From: Methanobacteriota archaeon
GTDB taxonomy: Archaea > Halobacteriota > Syntropharchaeia > JACQPP01
Direction of reading: 5' to 3'
DNA length: 35,317 bases
NCBI GenBank assembly: GCA_016207465.1
Contig: JACQPP010000075.1
Location: 1 to 35,317, forward strand
A program made the position numbers and the translations under genes. This document shows, one piece after another, positions 16,332 through 27,282 of this stretch; the first letter of the stretch is position 1; each line of letters starts with the position of its first letter. The notes beneath the pieces were generated by a model. The model had not been told where the DNA came from and did not search any database. It saw nothing but the letters and a program-made list of their open reading frames with translations.

Positions 16332-18485
16332 TCACTCGAATATCCTCTGGAACACCCCGAGGGCCCCCCGGGTGGGAAACCAGGAGACCCGGTCCCCATA
16401 GTCCAGGATATAGCGGTTCTCGGAGAGCAGCCGCCCCGCCTGCATGATACGCAGGTGGATGCGCGGTGGCCGCGGCCCCCGGGTGTCCCACACAAACTTC
16501 ACATCCCCGAGGTCCGCCACGCTGTCGGGCCCCACATCGCACATGAGATGGTGCTTCAGGGGGGTCCCCTCCACCTCCACCTCGACGTTGAGCCTCCCCA
16601 GCGGGCGCCGCAGGTCGTTGATGACCTTCAGCCTCGCCACCACACCCGGGGGATTGGGCCGCAGGGGAAAGATGAGGATGGGGAGAATGGGCTGATACGA
16701 GCGCCGGACCTCCTCCCACGCCATCTTCGGGGTCCCGTCGTGCTCCACGATGGACCACGAGATGCACGGCCACGGCTCGTTGAACATCCAGAGGAGACAC
16801 CCCCCGCATGCGTATTTGCGGGACCGGTAGTGCTCGATGGCGGTCTTCAGGGCCACCGCCTGGGCCCTCTGGGCGGCCCCGGCGAACCCGGCGAGGGAAT
16901 CCACGGGGACAACGGGGCGCAGGGGGCGGATATAACGCTTCATCTTGGGCCAGGAAATCTTGTGGAACCTCCAGAGCCCCTTGTCCGGGGGCCACCCGAG
17001 CCCCATCCTCTGCAGGGTCTCCGGGCGGGGACAGGCCTGGAGGCCGAACTCGCTCGCCATCGCCCCCATGTCCCGCCGGTAGGACTCCACGGGGGCGAAG
17101 AGATGCCAGACGGTCCAGTTGTGGAAGTCCCCCCGCCGGGGACTCGATGGGTGGTAGAACCGGAGGGGGTCGGCCCCGCGGCACGCCCCCTCGATGCGCT
17201 CGAAGAGCCCCCGGTTGCGCCAATGGGAATACTCGTTTCCCCCGCACCACAGAAAGAGAGAGGGGTGGTTGCGGAGGACGCGGGCGATTCCTCCCACCTC
17301 CTGCTCGGCCAGCCGCAGATACGACTCCGAGCGGGGATAGGTCTTGCAGGCGAAGGGGAGGTCCTGCCAGACCAGAATCCCCATCTCATCGCACAAATCA
17401 TAGAACTCCCGCTTCTCCCGCAGGCCGCCCCCCCACACCCGCAGCACATTCATGTTCGCCTCCCGCGCCCGCCCCAGCAGCCTCTCGTAGTCGGGGCGCC
17501 GGAGCCTCCCGAAGAGGGAGTCCGCCGGGACCCAGTTGGCCCCCCGCAGGAACAACCGCTCCCCGTTGAACCGGAACACCCAGGGGTCCCACCCGCGCCA
17601 GGCGCTCGGGTTCGCCTCCCGCGCGGTCTCCACCAGCCCCACCCGGGTCCCCGCCGCATCCGAGCCCGGCACCTGCACCTGCAGATAATAGAGATGGGGT
17701 TCCCCCAGCTCCCACGGGTTCCACCGCCGGGGCTCCTCCACCGGGATGTCCACCACCGCCTGATGACGCCCCATCGGGATGTCCAGGTCCACCGCGCTCT
17801 CCCGGGCCACGCCACCGGCGTCGGTGAGAACCGCCCGGAGCCTCCCCCGCCAGTCCACCGCCGCGTCCAGCTCCACCTGGGCCCGCAGCACCTTCTCCCG
17901 TGGCTCCCAGCGGGCCGCCAGGTCCCGAATCAGGACAGGCCCCGACTCCACCAGCCACACCTCGTCCCACAGCCCCACCGTCACCAGACGCGGGGCGAAG
18001 TCCCACCGGTAGGACATCTGGCACTTCAGCGCATGCCTCCGCTTCTCCGGCGGAGGGTCGAGCCGCACCGCAATGGTGTTCTCCCCCTCCACCGCCGCCG
18101 TCACCTCCACCAGCCACGGTGAGAACATCCCCACATGGGTCCCGTGGGAAAACCCGTTGACCCACAGCGAGGCCCGGTAGTCCACCCCCTGGAATAGCAG
18201 ATGATAGCGGTGGTGCTCCTGGGCCCCCAGAGAGAACCGGTGGCGATACCACCACTCCCGCCGCGGGACCCAGTCGAACCCCCGCGCGTTCTCCCCCACA
18301 TACGGGTCGGGGAGACGCCCCCCCCGCACCAGGTCATCCTGCACATTCCCCGGCACCCGCCCCACCATCGAGGGCCCCTCGTATCCCACCCGGTGGGCCC
18401 CCTCCCTCTCCCCCCGGCCCGGCTCGAACTCGTGGAGACTCCACTCTCCCATCAGCGAGCGCGCCCCCGGACGGTCTAAAACCAT
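16332..18485 (-). CDS. Glycoside hydrolase family 2, beta-mannosidase-like
   Basis: FQGVDY, WDFAP, RGANWVPAD, RVWGGG, VWQD, WCGGNE (acid/base), SEFG (nucleophile). Start is 18485 or 18452. Confidence 0.92.
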   Translation of the reverse strand: MVLDRPGARSLMGEWSLHEFEPGRGEREGAHRVGYEGPSMVGRVPGNVQDDLVRGGRLPDPYVGENARGFDWVPRREWWYRHRFSLGAQEHHRYHLLFQGVDYRASLWVNGFSHGTHVGMFSPWLVEVTAAVEGENTIAVRLDPPPEKRRHALKCQMSYRWDFAPRLVTVGLWDEVWLVESGPVLIRDLAARWEPREKVLRAQVELDAAVDWRGRLRAVLTDAGGVARESAVDLDIPMGRHQAVVDIPVEEPRRWNPWELGEPHLYYLQVQVPGSDAAGTRVGLVETAREANPSAWRGWDPWVFRFNGERLFLRGANWVPADSLFGRLRRPDYERLLGRAREANMNVLRVWGGGLREKREFYDLCDEMGILVWQDLPFACKTYPRSESYLRLAEQEVGGIARVLRNHPSLFLWCGGNEYSHWRNRGLFERIEGACRGADPLRFYHPSSPRRGDFHNWTVWHLFAPVESYRRDMGAMASEFGLQACPRPETLQRMGLGWPPDKGLWRFHKISWPKMKRYIRPLRPVVPVDSLAGFAGAAQRAQAVALKTAIEHYRSRKYACGGCLLWMFNEPWPCISWSIVEHDGTPKMAWEEVRRSYQPILPILIFPLRPNPPGVVARLKVINDLRRPLGRLNVEVEVEGTPLKHHLMCDVGPDSVADLGDVKFVWDTRGPRPPRIHLRIMQAGRLLSENRYILDYGDRVSWFPTRGALGVFQRIFE

Positions 18486-18600
18486 GTTTTTTCCCTGCTC
18501 GCCTCTGGCTCGCAGGGAAAAAACATAAAGAATCGTATCGGGTCCCCGCCAGCCCCATGCGACTCTTTTTGCTTTTCCCGAGCGAAGCGAGGGAAAAGCA
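18484..18600. repeat. Two REP-like palindromes in a divergent promoter region
   Basis: atgttttttccctgc..gcagggaaaaaacat (15-bp stem) and tgcttttccc-gagcgaagcga-gggaaaagca. Confidence 0.75.
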
Positions 18601-18602
18601 CC

Positions 18603-19522
<920 letters not shown>

Positions 19523-19526
<4 letters not shown>

Positions 19527-20377
19527 ATCCGCGGATTCGTTCCGTCCTCCAGCAACCAGCCCCGGAGGCGAGGCGCACCATGAGCATCCCGCTTCGCCCA
19601 TGGCTCCGCGCCGTCGCCGGATTCGCCTACCGCGACCTCCAGGTGGTCCGCCGCAACTTCTTCGCCTTCTTCGAGATGTTCTTCTGGCCCCTCTTCGGAC
19701 TCGCCAGCGTCGGATTCCTCTCCACCTACCTCCAGGCGGGGACCCCCGAGGCCGCCACCATCCTCACCGGGGCCATCGCCCTCTCCGTGCTCCAGGTCTC
19801 CCAGATTGACACCGCCTACATCCTCCTCTTCGACGCCTGGGGCAAGAGCCTCAAGCACACCTTCCTCGCCCCCGTCCCCGACGGGACCTTCGTCGCCGGG
19901 GCCTGGCTCGTCGGCACCCTCCGCGGCCTCGTCGTCTTCACCGTCCTCCACACCATCAGCCTCACCGCCTTCGGATTCAACGTCCTCCAGGCCGGTCCCC
20001 TCCCCGTGGCCCTCTTCCTCTTCGGCATCTTCCTCACCGCCGCCCTCGTCGGAATGCTCGTCTGCGCCCTCCTCCTCACCTTCGGCCTCAAAGCAGAAGC
20101 CGCCGCCTGGTCCATCTCCATGCTCCTCCTCTTCTTCTCCGGATTCTACTACCCCGCCACCATCCTCCCCCCGCCCCTCTACCAGTTCAGCCGCCTCCTC
20201 CCCACCTCCCACCTCCTCGAATACCTCCGCGGACAATTCACCGGGGGAGCCGGCCTCGAACAGGTGGCAATCGCCTACGCGCTCACCGGAATCTACCTCG
20301 TCTTGGGGCTGCTGGGGCTGAGGTGGACCATACGGAGGGCGAAGAGGACCGGGTTGCTGTTGAGGCTGTCGGAGTAG
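19523..20377 (+). CDS. ABC-2 type exporter permease
   Basis: ATGA overlap with the ATPase plus an aggagg SD; six hydrophobic segments; SGFYYP...LP. Alternative start at 19580. Confidence 0.88.
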
Positions 20378-20473
20378 TCAGCGCTTCTCCTCTTTTTTCT
20401 TAAACCCCAACGCCAGGCTGTTGATACAGTACCTCATCCCCGTCGGCTCCAGCCCATCGTCGAACACGCGGCC
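20378..20473 (-). pseudogene. Duplicated 3' fragment of msrB (31 codons + stop)
   Basis: Translates [31 protein letters not shown], versus msr[32 protein letters not shown]. Confidence 0.88.
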
Positions 20474-20518
20474 CCGCGGCCACCATCTTTATATTCGAGA
20501 GTGATAGAGTTGGTTCCA

Positions 20519-20746
20519 ATGAAGGCTCTGATTCGCGTATCCAAGGAAGGCAAGTACTTCGTCGCCGTGGACCTTGTCACCCATGTGGCCGACCAGGGAA
20601 AAACGAAGAGAGAGGCCATCTCTCGGCTGAAGAGAGGGTTGGAGAGTCACTACCAAGTCCTCATGGAGATGGCCCGCAAAGACCGCAGGGCCTCCGTTCT
20701 CGAACTCGACATCCCCCATGCCGAAACTCCCGGTCCTGTCGGCTAA
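20519..20746 (+). CDS. hicB: HicB-family antitoxin
   Basis: EGKYFVA, VADQGKTKREAI..LK..LE.H; directly upstream of a HicA-like gene; TATA tttata at ~20488. Confidence 0.82.
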   Translation: MKALIRVSKEGKYFVAVDLVTHVADQGKTKREAISRLKRGLESHYQVLMEMARKDRRASVLELDIPHAETPGPVG

Positions 20747-20939
20747 GGCCGTCATCAAGGCCCTCCATCGCGCGGGTTTCCGGCAGGTGCGGCAGACCGG
20801 GAGCCACATCCACCTGTGGCACGATGAACGGAAACTGCTGGTCACGGTCCCGTATCACCCGGAGCTGGCAAAGGGGACCTTGCTGTCGATTTTGAGACAG
20901 GCGCGGATGGAACGAGAGGAGTTCCTGAAACTTCTGTGA
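20718..20939 (+). CDS. hicA: HicA-family toxin
   Basis: MPKLPVLS..VIKAL..GF..VRQTGSH, VTVPYH.EL.KGTL.SILRQA. Confidence 0.93.
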   Translation: MPKLPVLSAKAVIKALHRAGFRQVRQTGSHIHLWHDERKLLVTVPYHPELAKGTLLSILRQARMEREEFLKLL

Positions 20940-21014
20940 CTGTGGGAGAACCCCGACACAGGGGGACGTGAATAGAAGGGCATAGCCGACTCTTTCAGAA
21001 TTATTTCGATTCGG

Positions 21015-21425
21015 CTACGTTTTCCCCTCTCTTTTCTTGAACCCCAGCGCCAGGCTGTTGATGCAGTACCGGAGTCCGGTCGGCTCCGGTCCGTCATCAA
21101 ACACGTGTCCCAGGTGTCCCCCGCACTTCTTGCACATGACCTCCACCCTCCGCATCCCGAATGTGGAGTCGTCCTCCTCCCGGATGCAGGTCTCATCGGC
21201 GGGCTTGTAGAAGGAGGGCCATCCGGTGCCGGATTCAAATTTGGTGTCGCTGGTGAAGAGGTCGGCTCCGCACCCGGCGCAGATGTATGTGCCCGGGTCC
21301 TTGTTGGCGAGCCATTTTCCGGTCCACGGGCGCTCGGTGCCCTTCTCGCGGAGGACGTGGTACTGGGCCGGGGCGAGTTTTTTGCGCCACTCGTCGTCCT
21401 GGGGGTCTTTGCGCTTCAGGAGCAT
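21015..21425 (-). CDS. msrB: Peptide methionine-R-sulfoxide reductase
   Basis: [42 protein letters not shown]. Confidence 0.96.
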   Translation of the reverse strand: MLLKRKDPQDDEWRKKLAPAQYHVLREKGTERPWTGKWLANKDPGTYICAGCGADLFTSDTKFESGTGWPSFYKPADETCIREEDDSTFGMRRVEVMCKKCGGHLGHVFDDGPEPTGLRYCINSLALGFKKREGKT

Positions 21426-23413
21426 GGGGTGGGCATGTGGACGCCGCCCTCTGGCCTCTTTCTGCCGGTGATTCTCCTGGCGGTCTTCTTTCCCTGGTGG
21501 GCGGCGACCTCGATGAGTCCGGCGGCGATGAGCCGCAGGAGGGCGCGGCGGCGGCCGGGGCCCCGGTTGCTCTTGAGCATCTTGCGGGCAATCTGGTATT
21601 GGGTGTATCCCTTCTGGAGGTCGTCCACGTCGAGGGTGAAGTGGAGGGTGGCGTCGTTCTCGACCCCCTTGGTGGTCTTGATGTATTCGACCTCTTTCTT
21701 GTTGGTTTTGAGGATGAGGCTCATGACGGGCTCCCCCTGGTGGCGGGTGGTGACCTGGATTTTCTGTTCGCCGAGGATTTTGAGGAAGCGGCGCATCTCG
21801 ACGACGTCGTTGAGTTTGACCCGGCGGGTGTATTCCTCGGTGCGGGGGGTGGTGTAGCCGTCGAGGGCGATGAGGGCGTGGCGGATGAGGCGGTCTTTCT
21901 GGAGGCGGTCGCCCACGGTGCTGGCGAAGTGGACGCCGAAGACCTGGTTGGAGATGAAGCGGACGAGGCTCTGCTTGCGGCCGGTTTTTATCATGCGGAC
22001 GCGCTCCTGCTCGATGTAGGTGTCCATGCCCCAGAAGCGGGCCATGTTGAAGGTGGCGAGCTCCTCGATGCGCTCGGAGGTGAGGCCGTCCACCTTGAAG
22101 GTGCTGTGCATCTCGTCGAATTTCTCCCAGTCGGTCTCGAAGATGCGGCCTTGGGCGTGGAGTTCGTTCCAGAACTCGGTGCCCGGGTAGGGGGTGGCGA
22201 TGCCGTAGGCGGTCCCCTGGAGGCCGATGGACTTGGCGTAGTCGGGGAAGGTCTTGATTTGCTCCTCGGTCTGCCCGGGGAGGCCGATGACGAAGGTTCC
22301 CCCGCTGGCGCCTCCCCAGCGGTTGATGTTGCCGGCGGCGATGTGGTGGTACTCGGTGGTCTTCATCCCCTTCTTGGTGTTCTTGAGTTCCTCGGGGTTG
22401 GTGGTCTCGATGCCCATCTCGTATCCGCAGATGCCGGCGCGTATCATCTTGCGGACCAGGTCGGGGTATTTGGCAATCATGTCGGCGCGGGCGTGGCCCC
22501 CGAACTCGATGTCGTAGTCGCGCTCCAGGAGGAGGTCCACAATCTGCTCCATGATTTTGGGGTTGCCCACGAGGTTGGGGTCCACGATGAAGGTGCAGAG
22601 AGGCCGCCCCCGGTGGTAGGCCACCATCTCGTCCACCTCCCGGATGATGTTCTGGGGACTGCGGAACCTCTGTCGGGCCTCGCTCATCATGGGCTCGCAG
22701 CAGAAGGTGCATTTGGCCCAGCAGCCCCGGGAGAAGGTGATGATGTCCCGGCCCCGGTCGGGGTCCCAGTAGATGGAGTACTTGTAGCGGCGGAGGTGGC
22801 GGGCGGGGAAGGGGATGGAGTCCAGGTCCTTGATGAAGGGGCGGTCAGGGTTGTGGGATATTCTCCACTCCTTCCCGTTGCCGTTTCCGTTCCCATGGCC
22901 GTTGCCGTTCCCGTGGCCGTTGCCGTTGCCGTTTCCCGGGAGCAGGTTCAGGTCCCCCTTGGGAATTTTCCCGCTGGTCCACTCGAGGTAGGAGAGTCCG
23001 AGGATGTCCTTCTTCTCCCGGCCCTGGACAATCTCCTTGAAGGTCTCCTCCCCCTCCCGGCGGACCAGCATGTCGGCGTAGGGGAAGAGCCGCTCGAGGA
23101 AGGAGGTGGCGTGGTATCCGCCGACCACCGAGGGGACGCCGTAGTCGCGGATTTGGCCCAGCATCTCGAGGCCCCGGTAGTGCTCCCCGGCGCTGTGGAT
23201 GGCCACACCCACGATGTCGGGCTTGAAGGAGCGGAGGATGCGGTCGAAGGACTTCTTCTCCTTGGCCATGTCAATGACCGCCACCTCGTCCACGTGGGGC
23301 TCGATGTAGGAGGCGATGTATTCCAGCCCCAGGGGAATCACATCAATGGCCATCCCGAGCCCGTGGTTCGTGGTGGGGGCTGCAAGCAGTACGCGGCGGT
23401 AGGGGTCGCCCAT
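21416..23413 (-). CDS. Cobalamin-binding radical SAM enzyme (class B methylase-like) with C-terminal extension
   Basis: [32 protein letters not shown] (CxxxCxxC), GLPGQT, TPYPGT. Confidence 0.92.
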   Translation of the reverse strand: MGDPYRRVLLAAPTTNHGLGMAIDVIPLGLEYIASYIEPHVDEVAVIDMAKEKKSFDRILRSFKPDIVGVAIHSAGEHYRGLEMLGQIRDYGVPSVVGGYHATSFLERLFPYADMLVRREGEETFKEIVQGREKKDILGLSYLEWTSGKIPKGDLNLLPGNGNGNGHGNGNGHGNGNGNGKEWRISHNPDRPFIKDLDSIPFPARHLRRYKYSIYWDPDRGRDIITFSRGCWAKCTFCCEPMMSEARQRFRSPQNIIREVDEMVAYHRGRPLCTFIVDPNLVGNPKIMEQIVDLLLERDYDIEFGGHARADMIAKYPDLVRKMIRAGICGYEMGIETTNPEELKNTKKGMKTTEYHHIAAGNINRWGGASGGTFVIGLPGQTEEQIKTFPDYAKSIGLQGTAYGIATPYPGTEFWNELHAQGRIFETDWEKFDEMHSTFKVDGLTSERIEELATFNMARFWGMDTYIEQERVRMIKTGRKQSLVRFISNQVFGVHFASTVGDRLQKDRLIRHALIALDGYTTPRTEEYTRRVKLNDVVEMRRFLKILGEQKIQVTTRHQGEPVMSLILKTNKKEVEYIKTTKGVENDATLHFTLDVDDLQKGYTQYQIARKMLKSNRGPGRRRALLRLIAAGLIEVAAHQGKKTARRITGRKRPEGGVHMPTPCS
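22874..22936 (-). repeat. In-frame (Gly-Asn/His)n coding repeat
   Basis: 6-bp periodic ccgttg/ccgttc/ccatgg units encode [21 protein letters not shown]. Confidence 0.85.
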
Positions 23414-23534
23414 GGGTCAATTTTCCACCGGAAGGTGTGGGAAGTGGCCGTGGCTACTACTTATAGTTTCCTCACATGGCTGTCATTTCCCTTAGAAAGC
23501 GGGTTTCTTTTAGAAATCCTTTAAATCCTGGGCG

Positions 23535-24029
23535 ATGCAGTATGGGGTGATGGTTCGCGCCGCCGAGGCGGTCCCTGCCGTCGAGCCGACGGGTGGGGTA
23601 GTGATGGACGCCGAGCTCCGCCGGAAGTTCGAGGACCTCCTCCGCTCCTCCGAGGCTTTCTTCAAGGAAGTCCAGGGGCTCATCTCCAAGGGGCGCAGCC
23701 TCGACCTCCGGAAGGAGGCCCGGGTGAACAGCGAGATTGCCCGCCAGGTGACCTCCAAGTGGAGCGTGGAAATCATCTTCCTCCTCTACATGGGGGGCCC
23801 CATGGGCTTCGAGGAGCTCCGCCGCACCCTGGGGCGCATATCCTCCCGGACCCTCTCCCAGAGGCTCCAGACCCTGGAGCGCCTCGGCTACCTCGAGCGC
23901 AAGCTCTTCATGGCCCGCCCCATCCGGGTCCGCTACTCCCTCACCGAAAAGGGGCGCTCGGTGGCCACCGTGGGCTCTGGGCTGTTCCTCTACCTGCGGT
24001 ATGTGGAGGGGCACCTGGGGGGCCGGTAG
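23535..24029 (+). CDS. HxlR-family winged-HTH transcriptional regulator
   Basis: KWS..I..L..G..GFEEL, IS.RTLSQRL..LE..G, P.RV.YSLTEKG. Start may be 23604. Confidence 0.88.
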   Translation: MQYGVMVRAAEAVPAVEPTGGVVMDAELRRKFEDLLRSSEAFFKEVQGLISKGRSLDLRKEARVNSEIARQVTSKWSVEIIFLLYMGGPMGFEELRRTLGRISSRTLSQRLQTLERLGYLERKLFMARPIRVRYSLTEKGRSVATVGSGLFLYLRYVEGHLGGR

Positions 24030-24086
24030 CCGGGCGACAACAACGGTTATTACCCGGCTCCCCCAACGAGGGGAGACGGAGCCCTC

Positions 24087-25268
24087 ATGAAATACATCGT
24101 CATCCTCGGCGACGGCATGGGCGACTACCCCCAGCCCTCCCTCGGCGGGAAGACCCCCCTGCAGGCCGCGAATACCCCCAACATGGACCTCCTCGCGCGG
24201 GAGGGGCGGTGCGGTTTGGCCCGCACGACCCCGGCGGGGATGGAGCCGGGGAGCGACGTGGCGAACCTCTCCATACTGGGATACAATCCGGCGGAGGTCT
24301 ACACGGGGCGGGCCCCCCTGGAGGCGGCAGCCCAGGGTATCCAATTGGGGCCCCAGGATGTGGCCTACCGGTGCAATCTGGTGACCATCGAGAACGGGGT
24401 GATGAAGGACTACAGTGCGGGTCACATCACCAGCGGGGAGGGGGCCCCCCTCATGCAGGCGGTGGGAGCGAAGCTCGGGGCCCCGGGCATCGAGTTCCAC
24501 CCCGGAGTGTCGTATCGGAACCTCTTGGTTCAGAGGCCGGGGAAGGTGGTGGACTGCACCCCTCCCCACAACATCTCGGGGAAGCCCATCGAGGGCCGCC
24601 TGCCCCCGGATGCGCACCTCAAGAAACTCATGCTCGACTCCCCCCCTATCCTGGCCGACCACCCGGTGAACCAGAAGCGGCGGAAAGCGGGGAAGAACCC
24701 GGCGACGATGATATGGTTCTGGGGCGGGGGCACCCGGCCCCGGCTGGAGTCCTTCCAGGAGAAGTATGGGGTGCGGGGCTCCGTCATCACCGCCGTGGAC
24801 CTCCTCCGGGGCATCGGGGTCTACGCGGGGTTCACCGTCGTGCGGGTCCCCGGGGCCACCGGCTACCTCGACACCAACTTCGAGGGCAAGGCCGAGCATG
24901 CCATCCAGACCCTGCGGGACCACGACTTCCTCTTCCTCCACGTGGAGGCCGTGGACGAGGCGGGCCACGAGGGGGACCTCGACCACAAGCTCCAGGCCCT
25001 CGAGATGCTGGACAAGCGCACCATCGGCCGCCTCCTCGACCTCCTCCCCGACCTCGGCGAGCCCGTGCGCATCCTCCTCACCACCGACCACTACACCCCC
25101 ATCGCCCGCAAGGCCCACACCCCCGAGCCTGTCCCCTTTGCCCTCTGGGGCGCCGGCGTCGAGCGCGATGGAGTCAAGACCTTCGACGAGGCCAGCGTCA
25201 AGCAGGGCGGCCTGGGGCTCGTGGAGGCGACGCGGCTCATGGACCTGCTCATCCGGGGCGGCGCGTGA
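24087..25268 (+). CDS. apgM: Cofactor-independent phosphoglycerate mutase (archaeal type)
   Basis: ILGDGMGD, GKTPL..A.TPNMD, PGSDVAN, YTGRAPLEAA, HVEAVDEAGH, DHYTP. Confidence 0.92.
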   Translation: MKYIVILGDGMGDYPQPSLGGKTPLQAANTPNMDLLAREGRCGLARTTPAGMEPGSDVANLSILGYNPAEVYTGRAPLEAAAQGIQLGPQDVAYRCNLVTIENGVMKDYSAGHITSGEGAPLMQAVGAKLGAPGIEFHPGVSYRNLLVQRPGKVVDCTPPHNISGKPIEGRLPPDAHLKKLMLDSPPILADHPVNQKRRKAGKNPATMIWFWGGGTRPRLESFQEKYGVRGSVITAVDLLRGIGVYAGFTVVRVPGATGYLDTNFEGKAEHAIQTLRDHDFLFLHVEAVDEAGHEGDLDHKLQALEMLDKRTIGRLLDLLPDLGEPVRILLTTDHYTPIARKAHTPEPVPFALWGAGVERDGVKTFDEASVKQGGLGLVEATRLMDLLIRGGA

Positions 25269-25279
25269 GGCGCGGCAAT

Positions 25280-25885
25280 TCAGAGTTTCAGTGTCCGCCG
25301 TATCTCCATCTCCACGTCCCACGCCACTTTGTCAAGGTCCCGGTTGGCGTCCACCACCACGAACCTCCAGGGCTCCGCCAGGGCCAGCTTGCGGTAGTTC
25401 AGCTGGACCACCCGGAGGAAGACCTCCCTCTCGAACTTGGTCTTCCGGCGTCCCTCCATCCGGGAGATGGCCTCCCTGGGGTCCACCACCAGCAGGAGGG
25501 TCTGCTGGGGGGCGATGGTGATGGGCCGGTGGAGCTCCTGGAGCCACTGGAGGGGCTCGGAGACGATGTCCCGGAGGGTCACCGACTGGTAGGCGTAGCG
25601 GCTGTCGCTGTAGCGGTCGGAGATGACCGGCCGGCCTTTCTCCAGAGCGGGCCGGAGGGTGAGGGCCACATGCTCCGCGTGGTCCGCCACGAAGAGGAGC
25701 GCCTCCGCGAGGGGGTCAATCCTGTGGCCCCGAGCCAGCCCCGCCCGCACCAGCCGCCCCAGGGGGCCCCCGGTGGGCTCCTTGGTGAACACCACCCGGC
25801 GGGGGAGATTGTGGCGCAGGCGCCGGAGGATGGTGGACTTCCCCGAGCCATCAATGCCCTCCAGGGTAATCAGGGGAGCGGGCAT
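25280..25885 (-). CDS. tmk: Thymidylate kinase
   Basis: ITLEGIDGSGKST, TKEP, LLF.AD..EH, SDRY..S..AYQ. Confidence 0.93.
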   Translation of the reverse strand: MPAPLITLEGIDGSGKSTILRRLRHNLPRRVVFTKEPTGGPLGRLVRAGLARGHRIDPLAEALLFVADHAEHVALTLRPALEKGRPVISDRYSDSRYAYQSVTLRDIVSEPLQWLQELHRPITIAPQQTLLLVVDPREAISRMEGRRKTKFEREVFLRVVQLNYRKLALAEPWRFVVVDANRDLDKVAWDVEMEIRRTLKL

Positions 25886-25925
25886 GGTGTAACGCTCTCT
25901 GCGCTTCGGGAAAAAGCATTTTGCC

Positions 25926-26864
25926 TTACATTCCCGCGAACTTCCGCAGGGCATCCTCGCAGGTGTATCGGGGCTCCCAGCCGAGTTCCCGCCGGGCCTT
26001 CGCGCTGCTGACCACGATGCCGTATTTGCAGTATCCGAGCCACCCCGGGTGGACCCCGGAGAGCCGGAGCCTCCAGAGGAGCCGGTTGAACCCCGCCACG
26101 AGGGGGTAGGGGACCCGGATGCTCTTCTTCTCCAGGATGGGACCGATGCGGCTCCACCGGACCGGGGGCTCGGCGGCGATGTTGAAGGCTCCCCCAGGGC
26201 TCCGCCGGAGGGCCAGGTGGAAGGCCCCGGCCACATCCTCGTCCCACGTGAACTGCACCTCCGGGTCATACCCCATGAACACCGGGCTGCGCCGGAGGGT
26301 GAGGAGACGGCCGAAGGGATTGTTGATGGTCGGCCCCACGAAGAGGCTGGGCCGCAGCAGGGTCACCTTCACCCCCGGGTTCGCCTCGCGGAACCGGACG
26401 ATATGCTCCTCCACCCGGGCCTTGGTCTCGCTGTAATAGAACCCCCGGTTGGGCCGCAGGGCACACTCCTCGGTGATGAGCCGGGGGTTGTCGGGCCAGT
26501 TCCCGTAGGCCGCGATAGAACTCGCGTGGACAATGTGGCCCACCCCTGCCCGGGCCGCGCACTCGAACACATTGACAGAGCCCCCGACATTGATGTGGTG
26601 GATGGCCCGGTCATTCTGCATCCGGATGGCCCCGGGGGCCCGCGCCACCACGAAGGCCAGATGGACCACTGCATCACACCCTCGCAGGGACCCCTCGATG
26701 GCCGGCTCCCGCACATCCCCCGCGATGAACCGCAGTTTCGGGTGCTCCCCCCGGGGCGGCTGGAGGTCAATGCCCACCACCTCCTCCACCCCCGGGTCCC
26801 CCTCCAGTAGCCGCAGCAGGATGCCACCCAGATACCCCGAGACCCCCGTGACCGCCACCCTCAT
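25926..26864 (-). CDS. NAD-dependent epimerase/dehydratase (extended SDR)
   Basis: VTGVSGYLG, HLAF, INVGGS, SSIAAYG, YSETK. Confidence 0.9.
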   Translation of the reverse strand: MRVAVTGVSGYLGGILLRLLEGDPGVEEVVGIDLQPPRGEHPKLRFIAGDVREPAIEGSLRGCDAVVHLAFVVARAPGAIRMQNDRAIHHINVGGSVNVFECAARAGVGHIVHASSIAAYGNWPDNPRLITEECALRPNRGFYYSETKARVEEHIVRFREANPGVKVTLLRPSLFVGPTINNPFGRLLTLRRSPVFMGYDPEVQFTWDEDVAGAFHLALRRSPGGAFNIAAEPPVRWSRIGPILEKKSIRVPYPLVAGFNRLLWRLRLSGVHPGWLGYCKYGIVVSSAKARRELGWEPRYTCEDALRKFAGM

Positions 26865-26875
26865 GCTATCACCAT

Positions 26876-27021
26876 CGTTCTGAACGCATCAAGCCATTTT
26901 CTTTCTTTTCCGAATGAAATCGCTTTTCTTTCTTTTGCAGCAGCCGCCGACCCCTGTGGGTCGGCGGCTGCGTTAGCCCGGCCTGCAGGGCCGGGCGTGG
27001 CAAAAGAAAGAAAAGGGATTT
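26876..27021 (-). repeat. Structured ~146-bp repeat, copy 2
   Basis: Reverse complement matches 11666-11815 in flanks and linkers; inner hairpins differ in sequence but remain paired. Confidence 0.9.
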
Positions 27022-27250
27022 GAGCCTGGCGCGTAACTCCGGGGTTCATCGCTGGCCTTCGGCCTTCTTCCCGCCGGTAACCCTCGCGCCAGGCCTGTGC
27101 CGCTCCGGGGTATTTCCGCACTCATTGTCTGCCATGTGGCATCTTGTGCGAAGACCGTTCCGGGCGGCTGTGGCCCCCATCTTGCATCCGGGTTTGGTCA
27201 CAGCGGGGCTTGGCCCCGGCTCCCCCCGGTCCTCAATGGGGGCAATGAGA
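27022..27250 (-). ncRNA. Candidate structured non-coding RNA or long 5' leader, family unknown
   Basis: Dense nested stems; minus-strand TATAAATA at 27267-27274 just upstream; followed by a U-tract. Strand is not certain. Confidence 0.55.
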
Positions 27251-27282
27251 TAATACGAGGGCCCCCTATTTATACTCCGCCA

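Noticed and set aside
20434-20619. Short minus-strand ORFs across hicBA
   Set aside because: They overlap well-supported hicB and hicA genes and have no motifs.
21015-22712. 565-aa ORF ending in MsrB, apparent fusion
   Set aside because: The upstream part is an alternative frame of the radical SAM gene; MsrB starts at 21425.
27022-27250. Identity as tRNA, SRP RNA, cobalamin riboswitch or twister ribozyme
   Set aside because: No T-loop or cloverleaf and no SRP helix-8 motif. Only short fragments (taactccg, gccacag, gggaag) match, and not in the required order.
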